A stretch of 64,000 nt of DNA from an uncultured bacterium (GCA_963826535.1 CAWGXL010000001.1:14336-78335), one strand, 5' to 3'; shown: positions 8,994 to 19,309, counted from the first letter of the stretch. A program made the numbers and translations. Notes: generated from the letters alone by a model not told the origin.

Positions 8994-10892
8994 CTAGTAT
9001 AGCACCCTAAATCTAATCGTATTCGGTATCTTCCTCAATTTATCAAGTACCGCCTTCTTATACTCTTTATTAACGTCCGTAATAACATACCCAACCTCTT
9101 CATTAGTCTTAAGATACTGCCCGGCAATATTAATATTGTTATCAGCTAGTAACCCGTTAATTTTAGCGAGAATTCCGGGAAAGTTTTTATGCAAATGCAG
9201 AAGTCTATGCGTATCTTTTTGTTCAGGAAGAGCAAGGTTAGGAAAATTCACCGAAAGCACACTGCTTCCTGTATTTACATACTGAATAAGCTTGCCGCTT
9301 ACAAATTCTCCTATATTTTTTTGGGCCTCTTCCGTGCTTCCGCTAATGTGAGGTGTTAAGATAACATTGGGTAACCCAAGAAGCGGGGAATGGAAGGATG
9401 CTGTGTTTTTCTTTGGTTCATTTGGGAATACATCAACTGCCGCGCCTATCACCTTGCCTTGTTTAATCGCCTTCGCTAGGGCGTTAATATCAACCACGTG
9501 TCCGCGACTTGAATTAAGAAAAATTACCCCGTCCTTCATTTGCTCAAACTCCGGCTCTCCTATAAGATTTTTATTAGTTTTTGCACCGTCTACATGAATT
9601 GAAATAACGTCGCATGTAGTCAAAAGTTGAGCGAGTGACTGACATTTTTTACTGTTTCCTAGTACTAATTTATCCAATACATCATAAAAATATACACTCA
9701 TCCCCATACTCTCAGCCAAAACTGAAAGTTGGGATCCAATATTCCCAAACCCGACAATTCCAAGTTTTTTTCCGCGTATTTCAAAACTTCCCGATGATGA
9801 CTTGTCCCATCGCCCCTTATGCATAAGCGTACTTCTCTCAAAAGCTTTTCTGTACAATATTATGATCTCGCCCAGGATTAGCTCGACAACACTTCTTGTA
9901 TTGCTGTATGGTGCATTAAATACCGCAATACCGCGCCTGACTGCATCGGTTAGGTCAATTTGGTTCGTGCCAATGCAATACGCACCTATTGCGAGTAACT
10001 TTTTTGCGGACTTTAGTACCTTGGTAGTAATTTCCGTTTTGGAACGGATACCAATTATAGAAACATCCGCAATTTCTTTTTGCAGCTCAATTTGAGTTAA
10101 CGCGTTTTTAATTATTTTAACAGCATATCCTTCGTTTGAAAGAAACGCCACGGCATTCTGGTTCACATTCTCAAGAAGCAGAACCTTAATTTTTGATGTT
10201 GGATAGGATTGCGACCGGGGGAGATCAAATAAATAAAGGAGTTCATCAAAATTTTTTATTATTTTATCCGCTTTAGCAACCACCCCTTTACGGTACACGT
10301 TCTCGGTGAAAGCATAGAATTTATCCGCTTTACCCTGTTCTTTAATTTGGTAATCGGTAATACCATCACCAATAATATGAACAGCACCGTTTAGTTTTAA
10401 AGCTTGTACAGCTTTTACCTTACCGTTAATCTGAGCCAACGGATTTGATTTATCAAAACCTGTAATAAAACCTCTATTATTATAATTAAAAGTATTCGCC
10501 AGAATATGATCCTCCGCAATACCGAATTCCCTAACAACAGGAAAGACATACTCTTTAAAGCCTCCGCTGATGATATAAATATCCCCTCTTTTATCCTGGA
10601 AAAATTTTTTATTGCGTATTACAGATGGCGTAATATGATTCTTGAGCAGTTCTGTAAGGTGAATTATATCTTTTTTTATCGGGCGGAATAATAAAAGACG
10701 TTTCTGAAGAGATGTTGGAAAATCAATAACCCCCTCCATTCCCGCCTTTGTAATATTTGCCACTTCCTTTGTAATTTTTGCCTTTTCCCTACTATTTTTT
10801 AAAGCTATAACAGCCAGTGCGTCTAGTGCCTCGACAGTTACAAAAGTGCTATCAAAATCAATAATAAAATACTGTTTTCTGTCCATGTCCAT
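8994..10892 (-). CDS. Bifunctional phosphoserine phosphatase (HAD, SerB-like) / D-3-phosphoglycerate dehydrogenase (SerA-like) with C-terminal ACT domain
   Basis: N-terminus has HAD motifs (IIDFDSTFV, IIGDGITD); middle has 2-hydroxyacid dehydrogenase NAD site GIVGFGNIGSQ with catalytic His/Glu context; C-terminus is ACT-like (LHLHKNFPGILAKINGLL). Confidence 0.75.
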   Translation of the reverse strand: MDMDRKQYFIIDFDSTFVTVEALDALAVIALKNSREKAKITKEVANITKAGMEGVIDFPTSLQKRLLLFRPIKKDIIHLTELLKNHITPSVIRNKKFFQDKRGDIYIISGGFKEYVFPVVREFGIAEDHILANTFNYNNRGFITGFDKSNPLAQINGKVKAVQALKLNGAVHIIGDGITDYQIKEQGKADKFYAFTENVYRKGVVAKADKIIKNFDELLYLFDLPRSQSYPTSKIKVLLLENVNQNAVAFLSNEGYAVKIIKNALTQIELQKEIADVSIIGIRSKTEITTKVLKSAKKLLAIGAYCIGTNQIDLTDAVRRGIAVFNAPYSNTRSVVELILGEIIILYRKAFERSTLMHKGRWDKSSSGSFEIRGKKLGIVGFGNIGSQLSVLAESMGMSVYFYDVLDKLVLGNSKKCQSLAQLLTTCDVISIHVDGAKTNKNLIGEPEFEQMKDGVIFLNSSRGHVVDINALAKAIKQGKVIGAAVDVFPNEPKKNTASFHSPLLGLPNVILTPHISGSTEEAQKNIGEFVSGKLIQYVNTGSSVLSVNFPNLALPEQKDTHRLLHLHKNFPGILAKINGLLADNNINIAGQYLKTNEEVGYVITDVNKEYKKAVLDKLRKIPNTIRFRVLY

Positions 10893-10923
10893 TGATTAAT
10901 CCCATGTATAATATCATATAAAG

Positions 10924-11871
10924 CTAAAATTTCCACCCTAACTCTCTTTTGATCTCTTTCACAGCCTTTTCGTATTGCTCTTTGGTTAGCTGATTATTTA
11001 ATATACAATACTTTTTATTTTTTAGCCCCACACAACCAAAACAATCAACGCAGTTTGTAAGATAGGAACTATAGTAACAATTTGTACAAAATTCACAGTA
11101 CGTTAAAAAAGCACAATCATATAAAGAAGGCCCTGATTCCACAAGCTCATAACATCTCTCACCAAGACCTCCACTTTGATATCCTTTTTTACCTGAGAAA
11201 AAGATATCCCAACAATTCTTTGCAAAACCGCCCACAAAAATATATCCCGAATTCTCTAAATTATAACTGAAAAAAGTCCAGTAACAGTTCTTTGAGTTAT
11301 ATATATAATCTCCATAAGGACTATTTTCACTGTTAAACTGTTGACTTGCCGGATGTGGAATCTGCTGTTTTAAATCAAACATCTTTATAAGAAGTTTTTC
11401 CGGTTTCTCTTTTTTTAACCCTTCAATCTTTTCAAAATATTCTTCTTTGGAGAACTGCTTATTAAAAATACAATATTTTTTATGCGTTAAAGCAACGCAT
11501 CCAAAGCAATCAGTACAATTGTTTAAAAATGCAGAATAGTAACAATCAGTACAATTATTGCAATCCAGTAGATATGTGCAATTATGACAATTATTAGAAT
11601 CAATACATTGATAACACTTTTCCGATTTCAGCACGGAGATACAATCTACAAGTTTATTTCCATATCCTCCTATTGTTGTATACATACCGTCCTCAAGCCC
11701 TGCCGTACCAAAACAGTAATAGCAATTTTTGCTCCTAAAAGCATTATCAACGAAATCACAATCAATACTATATGGAGCAACCACCGCCGGAACTGGAATA
11801 GATTTTTTCAGGAGTTCATATTTTTCCAAAAAGGTCATTATTATAAAACAATTATACACCCTCCAAAACAT
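10924..11871 (-). CDS. Cysteine-rich protein with internally duplicated about 120-aa domain
   Basis: Two copies of the block NC.DC(Y/F)...FL(N/T)NC.DCFGCV.L..KKYCI.N.Q(F/L).KE(E/Q)Y; about 40 Cys in 315 aa. Confidence 0.45.
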   Translation of the reverse strand: MFWRVYNCFIIMTFLEKYELLKKSIPVPAVVAPYSIDCDFVDNAFRSKNCYYCFGTAGLEDGMYTTIGGYGNKLVDCISVLKSEKCYQCIDSNNCHNCTYLLDCNNCTDCYYSAFLNNCTDCFGCVALTHKKYCIFNKQFSKEEYFEKIEGLKKEKPEKLLIKMFDLKQQIPHPASQQFNSENSPYGDYIYNSKNCYWTFFSYNLENSGYIFVGGFAKNCWDIFFSGKKGYQSGGLGERCYELVESGPSLYDCAFLTYCEFCTNCYYSSYLTNCVDCFGCVGLKNKKYCILNNQLTKEQYEKAVKEIKRELGWKF

Positions 11872-12071
11872 AAGTTGTGTATATCTAATATCATAATTTT
11901 CTGTTATACTGCTTGTAGTTTTAAAGCAAATTTGATAATGTAGAAATACAAATTAGGAAATTTGAACTCTTTTTTCCTCCTTTTGTTAATTTATCACCTT
12001 TAATTTTTCCTTTTTCACTTAATTAATGAAAATCACACAAAAAAATATTCTAAAAGAAAGGAGGACATAGA

Positions 12072-12347
12072 ATGACAAACAAATTATTTATAGGAAGCCT
12101 TTCATATAACGTAACCGATGCGCAACTTGAAGAGCATTTTGCTACAGTTGGAAAAGTATTATCAGCTAAAGTTATAAAAGATAGGTATTCAGGACAAGGC
12201 AAAGGCTTTGGATTTGTAGAAATGGAAACCCCGGAAGCTGCAAAAACAGCAATGGACAAACTCAATAATACAAGTCTTGACAATCGCAATATTGTAGTAA
12301 AAGAAGCCCTGCCGCAAGAAGAAAAAAAGAATAGAATAGTTTACTAA
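12072..12347 (+). CDS. RRM-type RNA-binding protein
   Basis: RNP-2 (LFIGSL) and RNP-1 (KGFGFVEM) motifs; 91 aa; good SD (aaggagg) upstream. Confidence 0.85.
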   Translation: MTNKLFIGSLSYNVTDAQLEEHFATVGKVLSAKVIKDRYSGQGKGFGFVEMETPEAAKTAMDKLNNTSLDNRNIVVKEALPQEEKKNRIVY

Positions 12348-12360
12348 ATATCTCTCTGGC

Positions 12361-12392
12361 GCATTGTCATTCCCGCGAACGCGGGAATCCAG
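12361..12392. repeat. GC-rich palindromic element (gcattgtcATTCCCGCgaacGCGGGAATccag) directly 3-prime of the RRM gene
   Basis: Near-identical to 3116-3145; terminator-like position but no following T-tract. Confidence 0.6.
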
Positions 12393-12783
12393 TAGATAAA
12401 ATAATCTATTCCACTTATTCTTTAAGTAAAGGGATGGTTATTTATGTCTTCTTGATTAACCAGTTCAGTGGTGTGACAAATTTTTGCGGAACATGATTTA
12501 ATTATTTACCTCGTGATGAAGTGAAGACCCGAAAAGGAATCATTTTTGCTTTTTGCTTAATTGCCATATTGAATTTAGTATTATTTGTGACCCGCGCCAC
12601 TCGACTTCTTCCCCTTGACCATTTCGCCCCCCCTTTAGAGTTTTTCATATATCTATATCAATATAAGTATTACATTTACGCATCAACAAGTCAATAAGTC
12701 AAGACATAAAATTTCCACCCATCCTATATTGAATAATCACTTTGGACTAAAATTCAATTAATTATTTCTAGACTCAAATATAT

Positions 12784-13869
12784 TTGTATATCTTAATAAA
12801 CAGTGCTATAGTCAAAATTATGAGTTCTCTAAAAGAAAAAGGAAGTGAAAGAGAACCAACCACTGAATTTAAAGGAAGAATCCTGGAAGTTAAGGGCATA
12901 GGAAATAATATTGCTTATCAACCATTTCCTCTTGGAAAAGGTATTGTTGTTTGTCGTGTCGAAGATCCATTGAGTGACTGGAAAATAAAAAAACCATTTA
13001 ATCCACACAGTGTATTTTTTACCCGGACAGCAGATACGCTTATACGAATTGTAAAAGCTCCTATATTTGGTGAGCCTGGAAAAGCAGCTGAAGATCCGTT
13101 TGGCACATGGATAGAAAATAAAACAGGAGAAAAACAATTACTCTTTGGTGCTGTATTTCCTGATTTTGATGCGCCGGGAGGACATGAAACAGTAACCAAA
13201 CTTTTTCTTGGGGCCGATATTGAAAAACTTGACCCAACGCAATCCATTGCAGAAATACGGGGAATGAGAGATGTCCGATTTGCTCAGGCGGAAAATGGCA
13301 ATATTCACTTACTTACTAGACCAAACACAAAAAATAATGGGTGGATTGGTTATACAACACTTGAGAATCTCGATGAGATTAAATATAAAGAAAGATTTAA
13401 TCCTGCTATAGAAAGAGCAAATAAAAATCTATTAAATTTCAGAATTGGTCATGATACAGAAATTGGAGAACATACGAGACTTGGTGCTAATTCAGCCTAC
13501 ATTGAAGAAATCACATTGCCAGACAGACAAAAGAAAAAACTTTTACGTATTTTTTGTCACACATCTGATGTTGTACCGGAAGTGCGGAAGGGGAGAGAAG
13601 TTTGGGATTTTGAATCAGGAGTAATTAAATATATAGCATATGACGGATATATGGATCCTGACCATCCTAAACGCATAATTCATTTGCGTGAAATTGCCAG
13701 AGCTTCTGATTTTCCCCGGCAACCTTATGATAGTAAAGGCGCTAGATATGAGAACGTTGTTTTTGTTTCAGGAACAGATGGCGGGGAAATTTATTTCGGA
13801 GTCAGAGACCGATGCTCCGGTGTAAAACCCGATCCGGGTTTTGATCCGGCATACTTTCCGGTTCAATAA
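12784..13869 (+). CDS. Hypothetical protein (possible beta-propeller/glycosidase-like)
   Basis: 361-aa ORF; no confident family assignment from sequence alone. Confidence 0.4.
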   Translation: MYILINSAIVKIMSSLKEKGSEREPTTEFKGRILEVKGIGNNIAYQPFPLGKGIVVCRVEDPLSDWKIKKPFNPHSVFFTRTADTLIRIVKAPIFGEPGKAAEDPFGTWIENKTGEKQLLFGAVFPDFDAPGGHETVTKLFLGADIEKLDPTQSIAEIRGMRDVRFAQAENGNIHLLTRPNTKNNGWIGYTTLENLDEIKYKERFNPAIERANKNLLNFRIGHDTEIGEHTRLGANSAYIEEITLPDRQKKKLLRIFCHTSDVVPEVRKGREVWDFESGVIKYIAYDGYMDPDHPKRIIHLREIARASDFPRQPYDSKGARYENVVFVSGTDGGEIYFGVRDRCSGVKPDPGFDPAYFPVQ

Positions 13870-13893
13870 GACAGCTATAATTTCAAATAATAA

Positions 13894-15192
13894 CTATTTT
13901 GGTTTGCCTTTATTAAGCGGCACCACAAGTACTTTATCAACTCTATTTCCATCCATATCCAATATTTCAAATCGAATTTGCTCCAGTTCAAATTTGTCGC
14001 CCGTTACAGGGATACGTCCAAAATTATTAATTACAAAACCACCGACAGTATGAAATATACCTGACCTCTCTTCCGGAAGTCTGCGGATTTTAAAGTACTC
14101 CTTAAATTCATCAATTGGTGTTAATCCATCCACTAAAAATGTTCCATCCCCGCGTTTAATGATTTCTTCTTCCTCGAGTTCGTTAATAGTCGGAATATCG
14201 CCAACGATTGCTTCCAGTATATCCGTCAGCGAAATAAGTCCTTGCACATTTCCATATTCATCAACAATAAGCGCCATGTGAATTCCTGACTTCTTAAATA
14301 ATTCTAAAACTTTAAGGCCATCCATGCTTTCGGGAATATAGAGGGGTTTGTGTAGAATCTTCCTAAGATCAATTTTTTCTTCTGCAAGAAAATCTCTCAG
14401 CAAATTTTCCGTTCGGACAATTCCAACCACTTTATCAAGAGTATCTCTGCATACGGGGTAATGGGAATGAGCTTTTTTGGTAATTTTACTTCGTATTAAT
14501 TTAAAAGGGCTATCTATATCCAGCCATACAATTTCTTTCCGGGAAGTCATAAGTCTATTCACTTTTTTATCACTCAAGCGGAAAGTACGCTCAACTATAT
14601 CTTTTTCCTCCAATTCAAAAACACCCGACTGCGTTCCCTGCGCAAGGAGTATCTTTATCTCTTCATCACTGACCAATGGCTCGGCAGATGGCTTCATGCC
14701 AAGCGAACGATATACCCACTCAGTCGAAAAACTTAATAAACTAACCAAAGGGCTACTGATATGGGAAAGCGTATTCATAGGCTGCGCAACCAGAGCTGCA
14801 ATTTTCTCCGGATTGTTAAGAGCAAGCCTTTTTGGCACAAGCTCACCAATAACAAGAGACAAAAATGTAATCACGGAAACTACAATTGTTAATGCAATTT
14901 GCTCGCTATAGGTAGCAAAAAGAGGTACTGTAGCCAGTTGTATAGCGAGTGATCCGGCAATTGCAGTCCCTCCAAAAGCCCCGGCGATAATACCAACTAA
15001 TGTAATTCCAATTTGCACAGTAGATAAAAATCGGTTAGGCGATTTTGCCAATTCCAATGCAGCCTTAGCATTTTTATTTCCCTCCTGTGCCTGTTTTTGA
15101 AGTTTTGCCTTTCTGGCAGATATTATAGCAATCTCACTCATCGCGAAAATGCCATTGAGGATAATAAGCAGTAATACGATAAAAATTTCCAT
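13894..15192 (-). CDS. CNNM/HlyC/CorC-family transporter (DUF21 TM domain + CBS pair + CorC_HlyC domain)
   Basis: N-terminal 4-TM DUF21 pattern, central CBS region, C-terminal transporter-associated domain (EFELEQIRFEILDMDGNRVDKVLV). Confidence 0.8.
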   Translation of the reverse strand: MEIFIVLLLIILNGIFAMSEIAIISARKAKLQKQAQEGNKNAKAALELAKSPNRFLSTVQIGITLVGIIAGAFGGTAIAGSLAIQLATVPLFATYSEQIALTIVVSVITFLSLVIGELVPKRLALNNPEKIAALVAQPMNTLSHISSPLVSLLSFSTEWVYRSLGMKPSAEPLVSDEEIKILLAQGTQSGVFELEEKDIVERTFRLSDKKVNRLMTSRKEIVWLDIDSPFKLIRSKITKKAHSHYPVCRDTLDKVVGIVRTENLLRDFLAEEKIDLRKILHKPLYIPESMDGLKVLELFKKSGIHMALIVDEYGNVQGLISLTDILEAIVGDIPTINELEEEEIIKRGDGTFLVDGLTPIDEFKEYFKIRRLPEERSGIFHTVGGFVINNFGRIPVTGDKFELEQIRFEILDMDGNRVDKVLVVPLNKGKPK

Positions 15193-15355
15193 CTTTAACT
15201 CTTAGCATTATAACAGGTACGAGTTGGTGTCTGTTGTTATATATGTTTTGAATTAAATTCAATACCCTCAAATAATTGTCCCCATTTAAATTCAACTATA
15301 AATAGGAGAAAAAAGGAAACTTTCAAAAAGATGGTACAGCTGGTATAAATTATTT

Positions 15356-16063
15356 TCAGGCAGTACTTTGAGCACGTTTTTCCCACTCTTTAACATTAAC
15401 ACCTCTTATTAATAGCCAGAATACCATCATAACTTCACCAAGCCAGGTAAACTCACTAATTACTACACCGAAGTTGGGAAAGAGAAAAAAAGTGAAAAAA
15501 TCTATCAGATAACCAAAACAAGTAATCATTAAAAAGACACCAATAATTTTAGGAATGAAGTTTGACTTATAAACTAAATAACCCATGGGTAAGAGCCACA
15601 AGCCAAAAAATATTCCGACAATCTGAATTCCATATTTATGCAGATCAAAAAATAAAGACATCAGAGTTTGTATTTGAATTGCAGTAAATCCGGAACTATT
15701 TAATAATAGTAAGATAACGACGTTGTTAAGTTCATTAATCATCGAAATAGGAGCCACAATTACAGTAAACATCACCATAAGTTTGGCGACATTCTTATTA
15801 ACAGGCTTCAGTACCTTGTATAAAACTATTGCGGTAAATACTGTAACTAGTGCAGCAAGTAAAGCGCTCACAATACTTAGCCGAAAAATAAACTCATTAG
15901 CCAAAATATTATTAACTGTTGCGGTTGCATTTCCCGGAATAATAAGTGCTTTTGGAACGTATACTAAGCCAAAGACACCAAGTGGAATTTGAAGAAAGTA
16001 CAAGAGCCCGGCAATTCTTGCGGTCTTTTTAATTGAATTCGTATTCTTGTTTTCTTTTTTCAC
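15356..16063 (-). CDS. DUF4386-family membrane protein (paralog 1)
   Basis: About 235 aa, 6 TM, N-terminal TARIAGLLYFL pattern. Confidence 0.5.
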   Translation of the reverse strand: MKKENKNTNSIKKTARIAGLLYFLQIPLGVFGLVYVPKALIIPGNATATVNNILANEFIFRLSIVSALLAALVTVFTAIVLYKVLKPVNKNVAKLMVMFTVIVAPISMINELNNVVILLLLNSSGFTAIQIQTLMSLFFDLHKYGIQIVGIFFGLWLLPMGYLVYKSNFIPKIIGVFLMITCFGYLIDFFTFFLFPNFGVVISEFTWLGEVMMVFWLLIRGVNVKEWEKRAQSTA

Positions 16064-16069
16064 AATTAT

Positions 16070-16768
16070 TTATTTACTTTTTGCAGTTCCGGAAACAAAT
16101 GCAGATGAATTGAATCCTTTGACGATTAGCCACACTCCTATAAATAATTCCCACAATCCTCCGGGAAGAGAGGAAACAAGACTTAGTCCGGACCCCATGA
16201 TCTCCAACGCCATTCCAAGAAAAATGATTGCATATCCAACCAGGCCCCAGATTGCCAGAATCCGCGGAATTAATTTTGCCTTGTACAAAGTGTAACAAAG
16301 CATCAAGCCGGCTATTCCAAGTGTCATCATGCCGATATTGTAAGCATAAAGACTCCCTAGCGTGAAAACAGCACTCAAAGATTGAAGGTAAATTGTGTTT
16401 GGAGCAACTGCTTTTATATATTCACTAGCTATTGGAATTTGAAGTAATATAAAGAGTACCATGATGGCAATAAAAGTGGCATCCATAATCCTAAAAGCGA
16501 GATAGCCGACAGCAATACGTTCATTGTATAATTTCAGAATTGGGAACATCAGTACCCCGTGCGCAGCGTCCCAAACAACGGCCATCATCCAAAGCAAGGC
16601 ACCTATTGCCACCGTAATACTGCTGGCGGAAACAATGGAAAGGTAGTTTGGTACACCAAGAACAGATTTGATAAGCATTTCCCCGCCAATCCCTACAACA
16701 AACCCCGCGACGTACATCGCTCCTACAACTTTAGCTGTTGTTCTATATGTATTTACTTTTTTTACCAT
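16070..16768 (-). CDS. DUF4386-like membrane protein (paralog 2)
   Basis: Similar size/topology, N-terminal TAKVVGAMYVAGFVVG, tandem to paralog 1. Confidence 0.45.
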   Translation of the reverse strand: MVKKVNTYRTTAKVVGAMYVAGFVVGIGGEMLIKSVLGVPNYLSIVSASSITVAIGALLWMMAVVWDAAHGVLMFPILKLYNERIAVGYLAFRIMDATFIAIMVLFILLQIPIASEYIKAVAPNTIYLQSLSAVFTLGSLYAYNIGMMTLGIAGLMLCYTLYKAKLIPRILAIWGLVGYAIIFLGMALEIMGSGLSLVSSLPGGLWELFIGVWLIVKGFNSSAFVSGTAKSK

Positions 16769-16865
16769 ATTGTCTTCGTAGTATGCGCTTTAAGGCAGGT
16801 AATTGATACTACCAATAAATTCAAAATACACCTTATTTATTAAAAGTCAACCTGTTATAGTGTAA

Positions 16866-17558
16866 ATGGAGGATATAATCACAATGATTAAAATTGGCGG
16901 AATATTTTCTCTCTTTGGCGGATTAGCTTTTATTGGAGTATTTACATACCTTGCGATTAACTTTAATTACCCGGATATCCTGGACGGGAATGCTTATCAG
17001 GTTCTGCCTAAACTAATCGAGAGAGGATTTCAAATGAGAGCTATTTGGGCAATTTACGCTTTTCTCCCCTTAATATTAATTCCGGCTGCACTTGGAACCT
17101 ATGCATATTTGAAAAATAAAAATAATTCCCTGGCAATTGCAGGTCTTATATTTGCAACAGTTGCTGCTCTTGCAAATATGCTCGGCCTCATGCGTTGGCC
17201 AAGTATCCATTGGACTTTAGCACAGAAATTTACACCTGCGACAGTTGAACAACAAGCGACAATTGATGCTGTTTTTCAGGGATTAAATGTTTATTTAGGT
17301 AACTATATAGGTGAGTTTTTGGGAGAATTAACTATGAATTTATGGTTTTTAACAATCGGTTTGGTACTAATAAAAGTTAAAGGAAAATTAAAATATTTTG
17401 CTTACTTAGCAATTATCACGGCAGTCCTCGGATTCATCGGGGGATTTAGAAATATAACTTCGATAGTAAGCTTGGCTGCAGAAATAAATAACTACCTATT
17501 ACCAGCGTTTCTTATTGTCTTGGGAATTTTTCTTCTGCGGGTTAAAAAAGCATTATAA
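16866..17558 (+). CDS. DUF4386-like membrane protein (paralog 3, divergent orientation)
   Basis: 230 aa, 6 TM, same general architecture. Confidence 0.4.
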   Translation: MEDIITMIKIGGIFSLFGGLAFIGVFTYLAINFNYPDILDGNAYQVLPKLIERGFQMRAIWAIYAFLPLILIPAALGTYAYLKNKNNSLAIAGLIFATVAALANMLGLMRWPSIHWTLAQKFTPATVEQQATIDAVFQGLNVYLGNYIGEFLGELTMNLWFLTIGLVLIKVKGKLKYFAYLAIITAVLGFIGGFRNITSIVSLAAEINNYLLPAFLIVLGIFLLRVKKAL

Positions 17559-17792
17559 AAAAATCTTAAATTTGATTACGCTCCAAATCAGATTAAAAAG
17601 TCCAAAATGACTCCACTACGACCTCGGCAATATTTGAAGTATGGAAAATAACACGAGTAGGATCGTCTGCTCCTTCCAAAATAATTTCTGTCCCGGGAGG
17701 TACTGCAGTTGCTATTTCTTATTTCAACTGGGTTTATCTAACTTTCCAGCAATATCAGATTCCATTTTCTACCTACGCATAAGTACTAACTA

Positions 17793-18200
17793 CTATTTTT
17801 CTGCTAATTCCTTTGCAGCTGAAAGTGCTGCTTCCCACCCTGCCATTGAGTCAATATACTCCTGATCCGTTATTGGATCTGTAAAGTCTTCTGTAACACG
17901 AACAAAAGTTTTATTATCTTTTTCTTCTAATTCATAAATAAGTGTTGCCATTATGGATTCTGAATCCGGACTGACAAATAGGCTGTGCTGTAACAATCTT
18001 TCTGGCTCTATCTTTTTGATAATACCTTTTGTAAGTATATTCCCATCCATTCCTCTCCAGCCTAGTGATGAGCCAACTTTCCAGTCAGACACATATTCTC
18101 CACCCATTTGCCTTGTGAAGTCTGGGTCCGTAAACATTCGCCATACTTTTGAAGCCGGTGCGTTTATTTCTATTTTAGTTTCCAATGATTGATTTGCCAT
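17793..18200 (-). CDS. SRPBCC/AHSA1 (activator of Hsp90 ATPase homolog 1-like) domain protein
   Basis: 135 aa; TKIEINAPASKVWRMFTDP... pattern typical of the AHSA1/SRPBCC fold. Confidence 0.65.
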   Translation of the reverse strand: MANQSLETKIEINAPASKVWRMFTDPDFTRQMGGEYVSDWKVGSSLGWRGMDGNILTKGIIKKIEPERLLQHSLFVSPDSESIMATLIYELEEKDNKTFVRVTEDFTDPITDQEYIDSMAGWEAALSAAKELAEK

Positions 18201-18256
18201 AGATCCTGATTTAAATATACCGGATTTTAAAATCCGAAAAAATCGAAGTTAGCCTT

Positions 18257-18339
18257 AAAAATTTGTGACGCCAGAGGGATTCGAACCCTCGATTTACTCC
18301 GTGAAAGGGAGTCGTCCTAGGCCTCTAGACGATGGCGCC
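18257..18339 (-). tRNA. tRNA-Glu (anticodon TTC)
   Basis: Reverse complement reads GGCGCCATCGTCTAGAGGCCTAGGACGACTCCCTTTCACGGAGT...GGTTCGAATCCCTCTGGCGTCA with cloverleaf pairing and anticodon loop CTTTCAC. Confidence 0.8.
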
Positions 18340-18435
18340 TTTTTTGTCTCTCTAACAGTATAATCGATTGGATGAAAATCTGTAATCCTAGACGATTGAC
18401 ATTGCGGGCCTTTGGATATGAGGTAATTATAACAT

Positions 18436-19098
18436 TTACCTAACTTTTTTTCTAATTAAATCAAGGATATTCTTCGCGGTGTCTTGTCCACCTAGTCCGA
18501 AAGCTATACCTCCGGCAAGGGCAAACATTGCTACAAAGCCTGTAAACAGGATCCGTATAAGGTCTTGGGCTACTCCGAGTTGGTTTAGTACGGCGAGAAG
18601 TACAAAAATAGTTACTGAGACCCGTACGACTGACGCTATAGTTCTTGAAGCTCCGGCTGATAATCCTTTGGTTGATGCCAATATAATATCAGCTGCAAGT
18701 CTGGCAAAAACAAGCCCAACGAGTCCTATTATTGCGGCTACAAAAACGTTTGGTAGATAGAGCAAAAATGTATTTAAAATTGTCGTGATCTGAGGTAATC
18801 CCCATATCTCAGCTGTCGGGATAAGAAATAGTATTATGACAAACCAGCGCGCAATTTCTGCTAAAATATTTACCCAACTAAATTCGTTTTTTGCCTCAGG
18901 AACGCCGTATTTCTTTAGATAGGTTTCGATTTTTAAGGCATTCAGAATCTCAATAAATATTTTTTTTACAATTGAGGCAAGAATGATGCCAATAAGTAAT
19001 ATAATGATGCCTCCGATAAAATTGGGAAGAAAAGCGGCGGCACTTGCTAAACCTTTATTGAGTGATATAAAAATAGTATTTGCGATATTCGGTGTCAT
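18436..19098 (-). CDS. Membrane protein with repeated conserved TM-helix units (MscS-related N-terminal type)
   Basis: Several TM helices with repeated GG.IILLIG / AAIIGLVGLVFARL patterns. Confidence 0.35.
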   Translation of the reverse strand: MTPNIANTIFISLNKGLASAAAFLPNFIGGIIILLIGIILASIVKKIFIEILNALKIETYLKKYGVPEAKNEFSWVNILAEIARWFVIILFLIPTAEIWGLPQITTILNTFLLYLPNVFVAAIIGLVGLVFARLAADIILASTKGLSAGASRTIASVVRVSVTIFVLLAVLNQLGVAQDLIRILFTGFVAMFALAGGIAFGLGGQDTAKNILDLIRKKVR

Positions 19099-19309
19099 AT
19101 ATTTACCTACTTTCAGGCAGGTCCTTATTTACGTTTTTAACATGATGAGTATCGCATGAGATCGTTTACTTGTCAATAGCCACGTCATTTGATAGAATCA
19201 AATGTAACTTTGAACCCAGAACTTTGAACTAAGAACTATTAAGGAGTTATTGATAATTGTTCTCAGTTTTTTGTTCTAGGTTCTATGTTTTTTGGCTACG
19301 CAAAAAAAT

